This document shows positions 24,877 to 33,730 of a stretch of 35,604 nt of DNA, one piece after another (position 1 is the first letter of the stretch; each line of letters begins with the position of its first letter). The position numbers and the translations under genes were made by a program. A model generated the notes under the pieces. The model was not told the origin of the DNA and ran no database searches. It saw only the letters and a program-made list of their open reading frames with translations. Origin of the DNA: a virus (taxonomy: Duplodnaviria > Caudoviricetes); IMG/VR virus record IMGVR_UViG_3300016472_000312, positions 1-35,604 of that record; one strand, 5' to 3'.

Positions 24877-25322
24877 GTCAATGTGTCAGTGGCTTTTGCC
24901 ATAAAATCGTATGCAATTACACCAGCTTCCAACGTGCCAAGCCCAAAGCCATAAAGCCGCATAATGTTTGCATGTTTGCGGTTCAAAATCTTCTCAAGCC
25001 CTGCGCGAATTTGATCGTAGCTTTCGGATCGTGGCCCCACTGAGATATCAGTTGCATCGAAATTGCCAAGGCCATTTTCAAGCGCTTTAAATTCGGCCAA
25101 ATCAAGCAATTTATCAGTGTCATCGACTGCAACCCCCGCCAAATCCGTATCTGTCACCGACCCAAACGCCGCCGGTGAATACCCAGATTGACGCATGGCC
25201 CACGCTAGCGGATCGGTCAAACTCGCGTTTGTACCGTTAACGGTTGCGCCATCAATGCCACACACAGTTAACAGTTTGCCGCAACGAGCGATTAATACGG
25301 TTTCGGCTTGAGTTCGTGTCAT
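24873..25322 (-). CDS. Head-tail adaptor protein
   Basis: Position after capsid; ISVGPRSESY. Confidence 0.65.
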   Translation of the reverse strand: MTRTQAETVLIARCGKLLTVCGIDGATVNGTNASLTDPLAWAMRQSGYSPAAFGSVTDTDLAGVAVDDTDKLLDLAEFKALENGLGNFDATDISVGPRSESYDQIRAGLEKILNRKHANIMRLYGFGLGTLEAGVIAYDFMAKATDTLT

Positions 25323-25489
25323 TTCTTTTTGGCTTTTAGTTCATCTTCAATTGCTGCCAATTTTTGAATGATGGCGGCAACTTGTGCGCTAACATCAACG
25401 CCAACAGGCTGAGGTTGTAACGTTGCAAGAGTCTCAAGCAATTGTTCCAACTTACGGTCAATGCGAATTACGGTTCGTTCTAAATCCAT
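25319..25489 (-). CDS. 56-aa coiled-coil hypothetical protein (not in ORF track)
   Basis: MDLERTVIRIDRKLEQLLETLATLQPQPVGVDVSAQVAAIIQKLAAIEDELKAKKK*; ATGA-coupled to adaptor. Confidence 0.65.
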   Translation of the reverse strand: MDLERTVIRIDRKLEQLLETLATLQPQPVGVDVSAQVAAIIQKLAAIEDELKAKKK

Positions 25490-25497
25490 GAAATTTT

Positions 25498-25517
25498 GGC
25501 GCGAGTTGCCCCGCGCC
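25498..25517 (-). other. GNRA-capped hairpin right after the capsid stop
   Basis: Minus strand GGCGCGGG-GCAA-CTCGCGCC; the T tract lies on the + strand side. Confidence 0.55.
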
Positions 25518-25524
25518 TTTTTTA

Positions 25525-26601
25525 TTAGTAGCCAGATGGAATGTCATAGCTGCCGCTGTTTTTTAGTTGCATCACAACACCATTTAAACGATTGCCTACA
25601 CCAAAGCCAAAACGATTTTCCCAAAAACTTGTTTTGAACGGATGTTCTTCATCTTCAACGACAAGCGTTAACCCGCGTGGCAAATTGGTGCTTGCTGGGT
25701 CAACCCGCATTTTTAGCGGCGGGGGCGCGTCTAGCACAATGCCGATCATGTAGTCGGATGGCAACCAGCGCCATTCGCTAACAGTCACGCCGCTATCAGT
25801 GCGTCCCAAAATTCGCCCCGGCAATTGTGGCATTCCGGTCACCTGATCGGTATTAGCACCGGGAATAATCATACGATCAGTCACGCGGTTAAATTCGGTC
25901 AAGTCGGTAATCTTGGATGTCTGAGCCGATGAAATCAATACCGCCAAATTGCTGCCGCCCGTTGGCGCTCCGAAATGCTCTTCGAGCTCATCGCGGATTG
26001 TTTTGAGCGGGTTGTTGGTGTCGCTAATTGATGCCGCAGCGTAACCGCTCACCAAATAATGATCGTCCGTGGCTTCTGATTCAGTCCCAAGCGCGGGCGG
26101 ATATAGGACACTATCGCCGTTTGCCAGTGGCTGAACCGACAATGAGCCGTTATGGGGATCGCTAAACGTTCGCGCCGTGTTATTCAGCAATGCCTTTAAC
26201 ATCTCATAACGCCGCGTGTTGGTGTCTTGAATTGTCACTGTTTGTATGTGGCGATCAAGATCTGCCACAGTCATATACGCATAATCAATGCGCCCAGCGG
26301 CAATTGCGCCCGAGAAACTCTCGAGCGGATACGCCACGTCCCATTGGCCAGTTGCTTTAATTGCACCGGGTTGGGATTGCGTTCCTAGGCGCTGCAAGCG
26401 CCCACCACCGGGTAATTTGTAACGCTCCTTAAAGTTTTCAGTTGGCGCACCTTCAACAAAAACGCGCATTTGCGCGGCAACGTCTGCGTTATAACGGGCA
26501 ACGAGTTGCGAGATTGCATCGTAAACAACCCTTTGCCCAAGAGTATTAATGAATACTCTATCGGTATCGTTTACGCCTAAAGCTCCATAAATTCCACTCA
26601 T
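25525..26601 (-). CDS. Major capsid protein
   Basis: 358 aa, GGAG RBS, follows scaffold and decoration genes, C-terminal RFGFGV.NR. Confidence 0.8.
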   Translation of the reverse strand: MSGIYGALGVNDTDRVFINTLGQRVVYDAISQLVARYNADVAAQMRVFVEGAPTENFKERYKLPGGGRLQRLGTQSQPGAIKATGQWDVAYPLESFSGAIAAGRIDYAYMTVADLDRHIQTVTIQDTNTRRYEMLKALLNNTARTFSDPHNGSLSVQPLANGDSVLYPPALGTESEATDDHYLVSGYAAASISDTNNPLKTIRDELEEHFGAPTGGSNLAVLISSAQTSKITDLTEFNRVTDRMIIPGANTDQVTGMPQLPGRILGRTDSGVTVSEWRWLPSDYMIGIVLDAPPPLKMRVDPASTNLPRGLTLVVEDEEHPFKTSFWENRFGFGVGNRLNGVVMQLKNSGSYDIPSGY

Positions 26602-26613
26602 TTTTATTTACTC

Positions 26614-27027
26614 CTATGCAAAGACCGATGTCCACGAAAGATCGACATAAAGCGCTTTGCTCAATGCCGAATCTGACAATGCCACAATTCGACCAACTGC
26701 CGCCGAAACCGTGCCGGCTGCATCGGCTAACGCCCCTGCGTTGTCGCTCAAATAAACCAGCGTGTTGTATGTGCCAAGCGTAAACCCTGCCACATGACCG
26801 CGTTTAACCACGTCCACTGCTTGCCCTGCGCCTGCGCCATTTAGCGCAATGCCACGAACCTGTTGCTTACCCGATGCATTAGCATCTGCAACCCCCGCTT
26901 TTCCCGCTGATGTGAAGTAAACCGCTTGCCCCGCCGTGATAGTTTCGGCGGCGATAAACGAATAGACTTCAGCAGTGTGAGGAAATAAAACCGCTACTTG
27001 CGCGGCTGTTACTGCAATATCTGCCAT
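26614..27027 (-). CDS. Capsid decoration / cement protein
   Basis: A.ETITAGQAVY...A.A.A...GIAL...AGQAV.VV..G.V...VYLS..AG.L. Confidence 0.75.
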   Translation of the reverse strand: MADIAVTAAQVAVLFPHTAEVYSFIAAETITAGQAVYFTSAGKAGVADANASGKQQVRGIALNGAGAGQAVDVVKRGHVAGFTLGTYNTLVYLSDNAGALADAAGTVSAAVGRIVALSDSALSKALYVDLSWTSVFA

Positions 27028-27030
27028 TTT

Positions 27031-27582
27031 TTAAATCCTTGTTATGTAACCTGTTACCGGAGTTGTGACTGTCGTGCCGCTTGTGCGCTGTGCCGGTTTG
27101 CTTGGGCTGCCTACGCTGCCGCCCGTCTGCTGTTTGAGCAAATAGGGCTTGGCCTTGGACAATGCCTCGAGCGCCTCTTTTACGCCCGTTACGTTTTTGC
27201 CGTCAATGCTGATTGCCTTGCGATCAATCATCACCGCTGCATCGCTTGGATCAGTGAATCCAAGTCGCACCGCTTCGCGTTCAATCGCCGTCAAGATTTT
27301 TGTCTCTGCCAATTCAGCAACTGTTGCATTTAATTGCGCTTCCAATTCCTTCGCCTTTGCCGCCGCTTTTTCTGTTTCGCTCATCGCGGCTTCGGCCCGT
27401 GCTTTCTCTGCGCTTTCTAGCGCGTCCAATCGTTTGCGCCGATCAGCAGCCTCTCTATTTGCCTCTTTCAGGGCCGCCGCCATGCGTTCACGCTCGGCTA
27501 ACAATTCATCAACTGTCGGTGTTTTTTTGACTTCTGCCGCTGGCGCATCCGCGACCGCTGGCTTTTCTAGCTGTTGTTCCAT
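27031..27582 (-). CDS. Capsid scaffolding protein
   Basis: Coiled coil, ANREAADRR, MSETEK, GF.DP.DA, KPYL; ATG 27582 preferred. Confidence 0.85.
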   Translation of the reverse strand: MEQQLEKPAVADAPAAEVKKTPTVDELLAERERMAAALKEANREAADRRKRLDALESAEKARAEAAMSETEKAAAKAKELEAQLNATVAELAETKILTAIEREAVRLGFTDPSDAAVMIDRKAISIDGKNVTGVKEALEALSKAKPYLLKQQTGGSVGSPSKPAQRTSGTTVTTPVTGYITRI

Positions 27583-27610
27583 CTCGAAACCTTGCCCCGC
27601 ATCCGCAGGG

Positions 27611-27659
27611 AAATAAAAAAACGCCCGCTCAACTGCCATTTCTGGCGGTCAAGCGGGCG
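27611..27659 (-). terminator. Long hairpin plus U tract upstream of scaffold gene
   Basis: Minus strand CGCCCGCTTGACCGCCA-GAAA-TGGCAGTTGAGCGGGCG-TTTTTTT. Confidence 0.7.
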
Positions 27660-27672
27660 CTATTAACGACTG

Positions 27673-27897
27673 CTACTTACTGATGTGGATTATATCAGTA
27701 TCTATTTTACTGTTTATCTTTGGCCGCTTGATTTCGTATTTCCATTCAATATGCTGAACAATAATAACCAGCACCGCTTCTATGGCTATTGCCAAATCAC
27801 CAAGCGCTGCCCGATTGCGCCCGATGTGGGCATTCACCATAAGCGCGGCTTGCCGAATGACCATCATGAACTCGCGTTCTGCGTTGTTGTCTATCAT
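27673..27897 (-). CDS. Hypothetical protein
   Basis: 74 aa, ATGA-coupled to minor head gene. Confidence 0.6.
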   Translation of the reverse strand: MIDNNAEREFMMVIRQAALMVNAHIGRNRAALGDLAIAIEAVLVIIVQHIEWKYEIKRPKINSKIDTDIIHISK

Positions 27898-28814
27898 GAT
27901 CGCCCCGACTTCGAATCAGCCGGATTAATTGTGGCGCGGCTGCCGTCCTCACGCGCTTTTATTTCAGCAATTGACGCTTTTTTCATGTCGCTTGTCATTC
28001 TGTCGTCAATGTCATCCTCATGCACCAGAGCGACCGAGGTGCGACAATAATCATGAAATGGCGGATCGGCCATTTTGTCGGCATAGCGCGGCGTGCCAGT
28101 AAGACGAAACAATTCATCAACGCCCACCACCTGACCATTGACGCGCAAACAGCAATCAGTTGTGCGTTCATCAATCGCGGCAATGGCTTGGCGTTTATAC
28201 ACCTCGGTTTTTGCTGCCATGTTCGCGTCTGGCAGAATTAAACCGCCAATATCGCCAAACCCGCCAGAAAACGCCGCCTTTAAGCGTTGGTCACGTGCCG
28301 ATGACACCATCTCCGCCACAATTCGTTTGCCGATTTTTAGTAGCGATGAAGGCGACAACAACCCAACGCGCCCGCTATCGCCAATGATTGAAACGGGGTC
28401 GCGTCCCATTGCCAACTGCGCGTAAACCGCATTTATTTGCGCGTCAATTGCCGCCGAGATTGCATCACGTGCCGGCTGTGTCAATTGTGACAAAATTGGG
28501 TCAGGCAATAACGCGCTATTTTCAACAATATCATTTCGCGCAATGTCACGCTCTGCACGGTTTGCGCCAACAACTGCGGCCTGCTCGAACACTTGAGTAA
28601 ATGCAACCGTTAGCCGTGTTTTAAACGTGCGCAACATTTCGCGCACTACGGGCGGGTTGTCCAAATGCGGCTCAACTTCACGCAAAAATGAGCGATACAG
28701 CGCCATGATCACGCCGCGTGGATGATCAGCGCTACCGAGTTTATCAAATAGCGCGTTGATATCGTCGCCCGTGTCCAGCGCGTTTTGTATCGCCCGCTCG
28801 TGCGCTTTGCTCAT
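27894..28814 (-). CDS. Minor head protein (SPP1 gp7 / Mu F-like)
   Basis: AAIDERTTDCCLRVNGQ...PPFHDYCRT. Confidence 0.88.
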   Translation of the reverse strand: MSKAHERAIQNALDTGDDINALFDKLGSADHPRGVIMALYRSFLREVEPHLDNPPVVREMLRTFKTRLTVAFTQVFEQAAVVGANRAERDIARNDIVENSALLPDPILSQLTQPARDAISAAIDAQINAVYAQLAMGRDPVSIIGDSGRVGLLSPSSLLKIGKRIVAEMVSSARDQRLKAAFSGGFGDIGGLILPDANMAAKTEVYKRQAIAAIDERTTDCCLRVNGQVVGVDELFRLTGTPRYADKMADPPFHDYCRTSVALVHEDDIDDRMTSDMKKASIAEIKAREDGSRATINPADSKSGRS

Positions 28815-30361
28815 TTTGGCTGATTGCCTCCAAGATCACCAAGCAACGCTAAGCGCGATGTGTATTCAACTGACTGCGTAATCTCTGTAATTTCCTTGTC
28901 GCTCCAACCCTCACGTTTTAGGTAAACGACTAACGGCACACCGGTCTTAATTGCCGTGTTTGCGGTTTCCCAAAAAAGTTTGGATTCCTCAAGTTTTTCG
29001 AATCTGTCGACTTCAAATACTGGCCTGTTGCCAATGTGAAATTCAAGATCGCCGCGCTTATAGCTGTCGAGCCCAAAATCTTTATAGCCCTCATACCCGC
29101 GATAACCGCCGATGCTGATCGCCATTTGCATAGCGCGGGTCAGCGCATCGTCATATGAGGGCCGCCGCTCAAACACCTTTTGGGTTACTCGCTGCCGTGC
29201 CAATCGTAGCGCCCTACCGCTTGTGTCGCCGCCGCTGTTCCAAATGTCCATTTGCAGCTCTGGAAATTCGCGTTCAAGCTCAATATTAATATTATTAATG
29301 TGTTGCAATGCGCTTGCAATGTCGAGCGGGGCCACAAGCGGCATAGCTTTGGCTTGTGGGTCAGTCGCATATAAGGCGGGTGTTTCCTCGCGCCCTGACT
29401 CCGGTCTATCCGCCGTGCTGCTTCGCCCCATCATGGTCGCAACGTTATCGGGCTTTTTGACACCACTAAATAACCATCCACTGTCTACCATTTTGCGTAT
29501 TTGGTCACTGACTTTGCTGGCGACATCATCAACCTCACGAATTTTTGATAAAGCCGGATGAATTTCTGACCAGCCCCAATCCAGACCAACATTGTTATGT
29601 TTGGCAATCACTAATGGAATAAATCCGTATGGCTCGCGCCACTCTGCTACTGGCGCACCGTTTAACGTATTTTCTGGATAGGCATACACCGCACCGTTTA
29701 AACGTGTCGTGTATACAACGTCCTCGCCGTCTCGCGTTGCGGTTTCGTTATAAATTATTGTGCTTGTTGGGTTGCGTGGGTCAATGCGTTTGTATTCAAT
29801 CTCATAGCCCTTGACGTTGTTGGCACTGTCCACCGTCACGTTTTTAATTGTTGACGGTTTGATCGCTTGCATGAACACTTTGCCGCGTGATGGATCGTCG
29901 ATAATCCGAATTGCAACATCGCCATAGATTGCGCCATCCTGCGCTACGATGCCCTTTTCGCTTGCCCAATTGCTACTGCGCCACAACGCGCCAATGGCAA
30001 GCCTGATATTGTCGTTGTCAGTAACAATTGGTATTGCATTTGGTGCGATTCGGCCATCACCCGCTGCGTAATCCAGCGCACCGCCCCAAATGTGTGCGCG
30101 ATAAAATGACACAATTCGATATGTTGGATTGTAGATATTACGAGTGTAACGATACAGCCCGTAATCAGATTTCATTTTGACGGCCCAATTGTGTATATCA
30201 CGATAAGCATTATTTTCGTAATAACTCCAATTCATTGCATACCGCAATTGTCGAGCCTCAACGCTGCCAAACGAATTAATGCCAGTTGCATCGCCGCCAC
30301 TGTTTACCCAAGCTTCACGAAACGCCTTAACACCATTCATAAATTTATCAAATACTCCCAT
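28811..30361 (-). CDS. Portal protein
   Basis: 516 aa directly after terminase; YGFIPLV, SGRALR. Confidence 0.88.
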   Translation of the reverse strand: MGVFDKFMNGVKAFREAWVNSGGDATGINSFGSVEARQLRYAMNWSYYENNAYRDIHNWAVKMKSDYGLYRYTRNIYNPTYRIVSFYRAHIWGGALDYAAGDGRIAPNAIPIVTDNDNIRLAIGALWRSSNWASEKGIVAQDGAIYGDVAIRIIDDPSRGKVFMQAIKPSTIKNVTVDSANNVKGYEIEYKRIDPRNPTSTIIYNETATRDGEDVVYTTRLNGAVYAYPENTLNGAPVAEWREPYGFIPLVIAKHNNVGLDWGWSEIHPALSKIREVDDVASKVSDQIRKMVDSGWLFSGVKKPDNVATMMGRSSTADRPESGREETPALYATDPQAKAMPLVAPLDIASALQHINNINIELEREFPELQMDIWNSGGDTSGRALRLARQRVTQKVFERRPSYDDALTRAMQMAISIGGYRGYEGYKDFGLDSYKRGDLEFHIGNRPVFEVDRFEKLEESKLFWETANTAIKTGVPLVVYLKREGWSDKEITEITQSVEYTSRLALLGDLGGNQPK

Positions 30362-30362
30362 T

Positions 30363-31706
30363 TTAGCCTCTGTAGCCCGTAAGCGGACTATTGCCGCGCT
30401 CTACCGCGTTCTCATCATCGCCCATTAATTCGGTAACTGCCCAAACTAGCGCATCCATTCGATCGGGCGAATCGCTGTTAGTTGCTGGCACGTATTCGCA
30501 CATTTGATCTTCAAGTTCTGCGAACATGCCGACATGATGAACTAAACCGCGCTCATAAAGCGCCGCTACCGGTTCGGCTCGTGTCATTTTGCCGCGACTT
30601 GCTCGAACACTTAAATACGATACGTTTTTACCAGCTTGCCGGATAATTGTTTCGACCAAATCGCCGCCGTTATTAATTTCGCCGATTACACGATCAGCTT
30701 TAAATTGATAGTATGCAGTTACAACCTGATCTGCCCACGTCATCGGCGAAGCTTTTAATGAGTTGTCGCCCAATACGTAAAAATGGCCGTCCGCATCAAT
30801 ACCAACCGTAACGATACCAGTATCCGCGCTATCTTCGCCGCTTGTTACCGCAGGGTCAACGCCAACCACAATGCGCACCAGATTTGGCGTTCTGTTAACG
30901 CGCCCATCATCAATAACCTTTCGCGTCCACAAAGCGCCCGGGTTATCGCCCAATATTTCGCCGTTTAACTCTTGCCGACCTAATCGAGTGCCTTCGTATT
31001 TTCTTTGCACTTGCTCAATAAATCGCGAAGCCAAATTAGCTGCATTCTCGTAGGTGTTGCCGCGTGTTACTGTTGTTGTTGAATCGGCAACCAATTCCTT
31101 TACAAATTTTGTCGGCAATGGCGTGCCAGTAGCAACACATTGCGGCATATTGCCAAGCCGTAATCCTAGCGTCATATTGCTGAAACACTCCGCCGGATAG
31201 CGCCATTTTTGCGGCTCGTCACACCATACACTGTCATGTTGTGGGCCGCGCAATTGATCAGGCGTATCACCGCTATAACATTTTGCAATAGCGCCATTAG
31301 GCCAAACAATTTCGCGCTGAGATGGCACATATTTTGGCATTTCGCTAGGATGATGAACCGCCAATAAACCGCTTTCACCTTTTACCATTACATCGCGCAC
31401 ATCTGCCGCCGTTTTGCCAATTAACGCGATGCGCCTAAAGCCCTGGTGCACTCTCATGCGCACCCACTCCGCGCCCGTTCGCGTTTTACCAAACCCGCGA
31501 CCAGCCAATACAAACCACACAAACCAATCACCGCTTGGCGGTAATTGGTTTTGACGTGCCCAGAACATCCAATCATATTGCAGATGTTGAAGCTCGTCAT
31601 CGGTCAACGTAGCAAGAAATAAATCACGCTTGTGTTCTGGCTGCGAACTCAGCCAACTTACGTGATACCTCGCTCCGTGCGCTATTTGGTTCATATTGTT
31701 TTGCAT
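30363..31706 (-). CDS. terL: Terminase large subunit
   Basis: Walker A AGRGFGKT, LRGPQ...WCDE, VGVDPA, SPDRMDA. Confidence 0.95.
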   Translation of the reverse strand: MQNNMNQIAHGARYHVSWLSSQPEHKRDLFLATLTDDELQHLQYDWMFWARQNQLPPSGDWFVWFVLAGRGFGKTRTGAEWVRMRVHQGFRRIALIGKTAADVRDVMVKGESGLLAVHHPSEMPKYVPSQREIVWPNGAIAKCYSGDTPDQLRGPQHDSVWCDEPQKWRYPAECFSNMTLGLRLGNMPQCVATGTPLPTKFVKELVADSTTTVTRGNTYENAANLASRFIEQVQRKYEGTRLGRQELNGEILGDNPGALWTRKVIDDGRVNRTPNLVRIVVGVDPAVTSGEDSADTGIVTVGIDADGHFYVLGDNSLKASPMTWADQVVTAYYQFKADRVIGEINNGGDLVETIIRQAGKNVSYLSVRASRGKMTRAEPVAALYERGLVHHVGMFAELEDQMCEYVPATNSDSPDRMDALVWAVTELMGDDENAVERGNSPLTGYRG

Positions 31707-32187
31707 TCTCTATTTTTTCGGTGAATAGCTTATGATGCTTGCCCAATAGCGATAATGCCGATTGAGCATCGTATAAATCAATCTCTATTGTGGTTTCAGG
31801 CGTTTTTTCTTCGCCAACTAACCGCGTAATAGTTTTTGCCTTGCTGATCAATCGCAATTTGCCTTTTTTCTTGGCTTTATCTAAATCTATTTTAAAATCG
31901 CCACTTTCGCCAATGGTTAAAAAATCGCCAAAATCACCCCGCGCATGTTCGGCTAGTCTCAACAAAACCTCGTCGGCGCTCATCGCGATTTGGGAGATTT
32001 TTGCTTGTATCGCCTCGGCGATGTGAGGTTTTGTTAGATTCTCGCAACCGCTTTCTCGTGCGCTTTTAGCGCTATACCCTGCTAGCCGTGCTGCTTTTGC
32101 CGCGTTCCAATGAATGAGGTAATGCTCGACAAACAGACGTTCTCTGTTTGTTAGTCGTTTTTTCTTTGCCGCATCATCCGCACTCAT
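31624..32187 (-). CDS. terS: Terminase small subunit
   Basis: LT.RE.LFVEHYL..WNA..AA..AGYS.KSA...G.ENL.KP.I; AL.LLGKH..LF. Confidence 0.92.
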   Translation of the reverse strand: MSADDAAKKKRLTNRERLFVEHYLIHWNAAKAARLAGYSAKSARESGCENLTKPHIAEAIQAKISQIAMSADEVLLRLAEHARGDFGDFLTIGESGDFKIDLDKAKKKGKLRLISKAKTITRLVGEEKTPETTIEIDLYDAQSALSLLGKHHKLFTEKIENAKQYEPNSARSEVSRKLAEFAARTQA

Positions 32188-32225
32188 TCTTAATTTTCTA
32201 TCGTAAATCCTACCAACTGCCTAAC

Positions 32226-32468
32226 TCATGCGCCCAAAACCCCGCTATTGTGGTGATCATCGCTTAATTTTATTTTGATACCGTGATTTTTGAGCGTGTT
32301 GATCAAAATCAACACGCCTTCTGCTACGGTCTCAACATTTAGGCCAAATTCTGACATTTGCGCCTTTAGCGCTAATTCCCATGACACTGACGCTTCGCAA
32401 TAGTTAGTCGAACTGATTATTAAAGGTTTGATTCCAATATCGTGTAACATGATTTTTAAACAATACAA
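32226..32468 (-). CDS. Hypothetical protein
   Basis: 80 aa ORF in operon context; start uncertain. Confidence 0.45.
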   Translation of the reverse strand: MYCLKIMLHDIGIKPLIISSTNYCEASVSWELALKAQMSEFGLNVETVAEGVLILINTLKNHGIKIKLSDDHHNSGVLGA

Positions 32469-33061
32469 ATAAATACTTCATTGTGACCCCACTCGCGCCC
32501 AGCCGCCCAGACATACATCTCGAGCTTGTATAGCCCACGCGCTAGCCTGTTCGCATTAAACGAATAGCTGCCACTCTCGCCAACCCTCAGCCGAAAGCCG
32601 CCCTGGCCAGTGCCAATATTGCGCGTTCCGCAACTCGCTATACCGTTGTTGTTCTCAAGCCGCAACTCATACCACTCAGCGCCGTAAAAATCCCACGCAA
32701 CAGTAAGCCATTCACCCGAACCCGCATAACGATATTGAACGCTTGCGCCTTGTCCAGCCCAGCCCATGTCACGCGCTACACAGAACGGATACCCACCACT
32801 GCCGCGCCAGTCCGCGCTACTGCTATTACATCGCCGCCCTAATTCTTTCGTTGCTATTGCTGTAGGCATTGGCTGAGGTTGCACCGTTGGTAGTATTGCA
32901 GGCGTTGCTGTTCGCGTTGCAGTCGGCAATGGCTTAGGCGTTGGCGTTCGCGTTGGGTCAATTTTGACAAACGGCAAATACGAGTTATACACCTCGTTTT
33001 CTGGCACGACCACAAATAATGATATTGCAACTGCCAACACCAGCGCGGCTTCAATCCTCAT
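32456..33061 (-). CDS. Exported / membrane-anchored protein with YLPFV motif and Pro/Thr linker
   Basis: N-terminal hydrophobic helix, YLPFV, PTRTPTPKPLPTATRTATP, Cys-containing beta domain. Confidence 0.7.
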   Translation of the reverse strand: MRIEAALVLAVAISLFVVVPENEVYNSYLPFVKIDPTRTPTPKPLPTATRTATPAILPTVQPQPMPTAIATKELGRRCNSSSADWRGSGGYPFCVARDMGWAGQGASVQYRYAGSGEWLTVAWDFYGAEWYELRLENNNGIASCGTRNIGTGQGGFRLRVGESGSYSFNANRLARGLYKLEMYVWAAGREWGHNEVFICIV

Positions 33062-33140
33062 TTTTGTTTTCCACCAAATCGACGCAAGCCGCCACCATCA
33101 CTATGATTGTGACCATAATCACGACAAACTGAGCTAACAT
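33051..33140 (-). CDS. 29-aa single-TM peptide
   Basis: MLAQFVVIMVTIIVMVAACVDLVENKNED*. Confidence 0.4.
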   Translation of the reverse strand: MLAQFVVIMVTIIVMVAACVDLVENKNED

Positions 33141-33147
33141 CAATAAA

Positions 33148-33447
33148 TCAAACAAAACTTATACCCTCCGTTTCGCCTAAAACTTTTGCAACGTCTGGGT
33201 TTAGTTTTGCTAATTCGTTGATTGCCTTTCTAAGCCGAAAAGTTAACAGTTTATTTTCGGATTCTAGATGCTCGATCCTCCTTTCGCGTTCTTGTTCCCG
33301 ACGCTCAAGCGTTGCCACACGCGAGTTTAATTGCGTGATATATGCCTTTTGGTGCGCGATTGCTTCGCGCATCCAAAAAGCAATCATGCCCAAAATGCCG
33401 CTGATTACGGTGCTAACAATCGCAAGAAGCGCTTGTGTATCAGTCAT
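33148..33447 (-). CDS. Single-TM + coiled-coil lysis-module protein
   Basis: ALLAIVSTVISGILGMIAFW then coiled coil; follows holin. Confidence 0.65.
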   Translation of the reverse strand: MTDTQALLAIVSTVISGILGMIAFWMREAIAHQKAYITQLNSRVATLERREQERERRIEHLESENKLLTFRLRKAINELAKLNPDVAKVLGETEGISFV

Positions 33448-33730
33448 TTTTCTTTGGGGTAAGCAAAAACATGGCCTGATTAGCCACGAGTGCATCTATG
33501 ACCGAGCGAATAACGCCAACCATGCCCGGCTGATCGCACGTTACATAATTTGTTAAACCCGCGCATCCAAGCGCAAATGACGCAAGGCCAACGCCAATAA
33601 TACAGATGCCCATCACGGCCCTTTTTTGGTTGGGGTTCAACGTTTCAAATTTGTCACGCACCACCGGCGCGTACGAAAAAACCAACGATAAAATCATTCC
33701 AGCAGTAGTCGATAAAGTCTCACTTGTCAT
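33440..33730 (-). CDS. Putative holin
   Basis: 96 aa, 2-3 hydrophobic segments, charged C-terminus, coupled to endolysin. Confidence 0.7.
   Translation of the reverse strand: MTSETLSTTAGMILSLVFSYAPVVRDKFETLNPNQKRAVMGICIIGVGLASFALGCAGLTNYVTCDQPGMVGVIRSVIDALVANQAMFLLTPKKND

Noticed and set aside
27583-27639. Longer scaffold start given in the ORF track
   Set aside because: That ATG lies inside the terminator hairpin; ATG 27582 is more plausible
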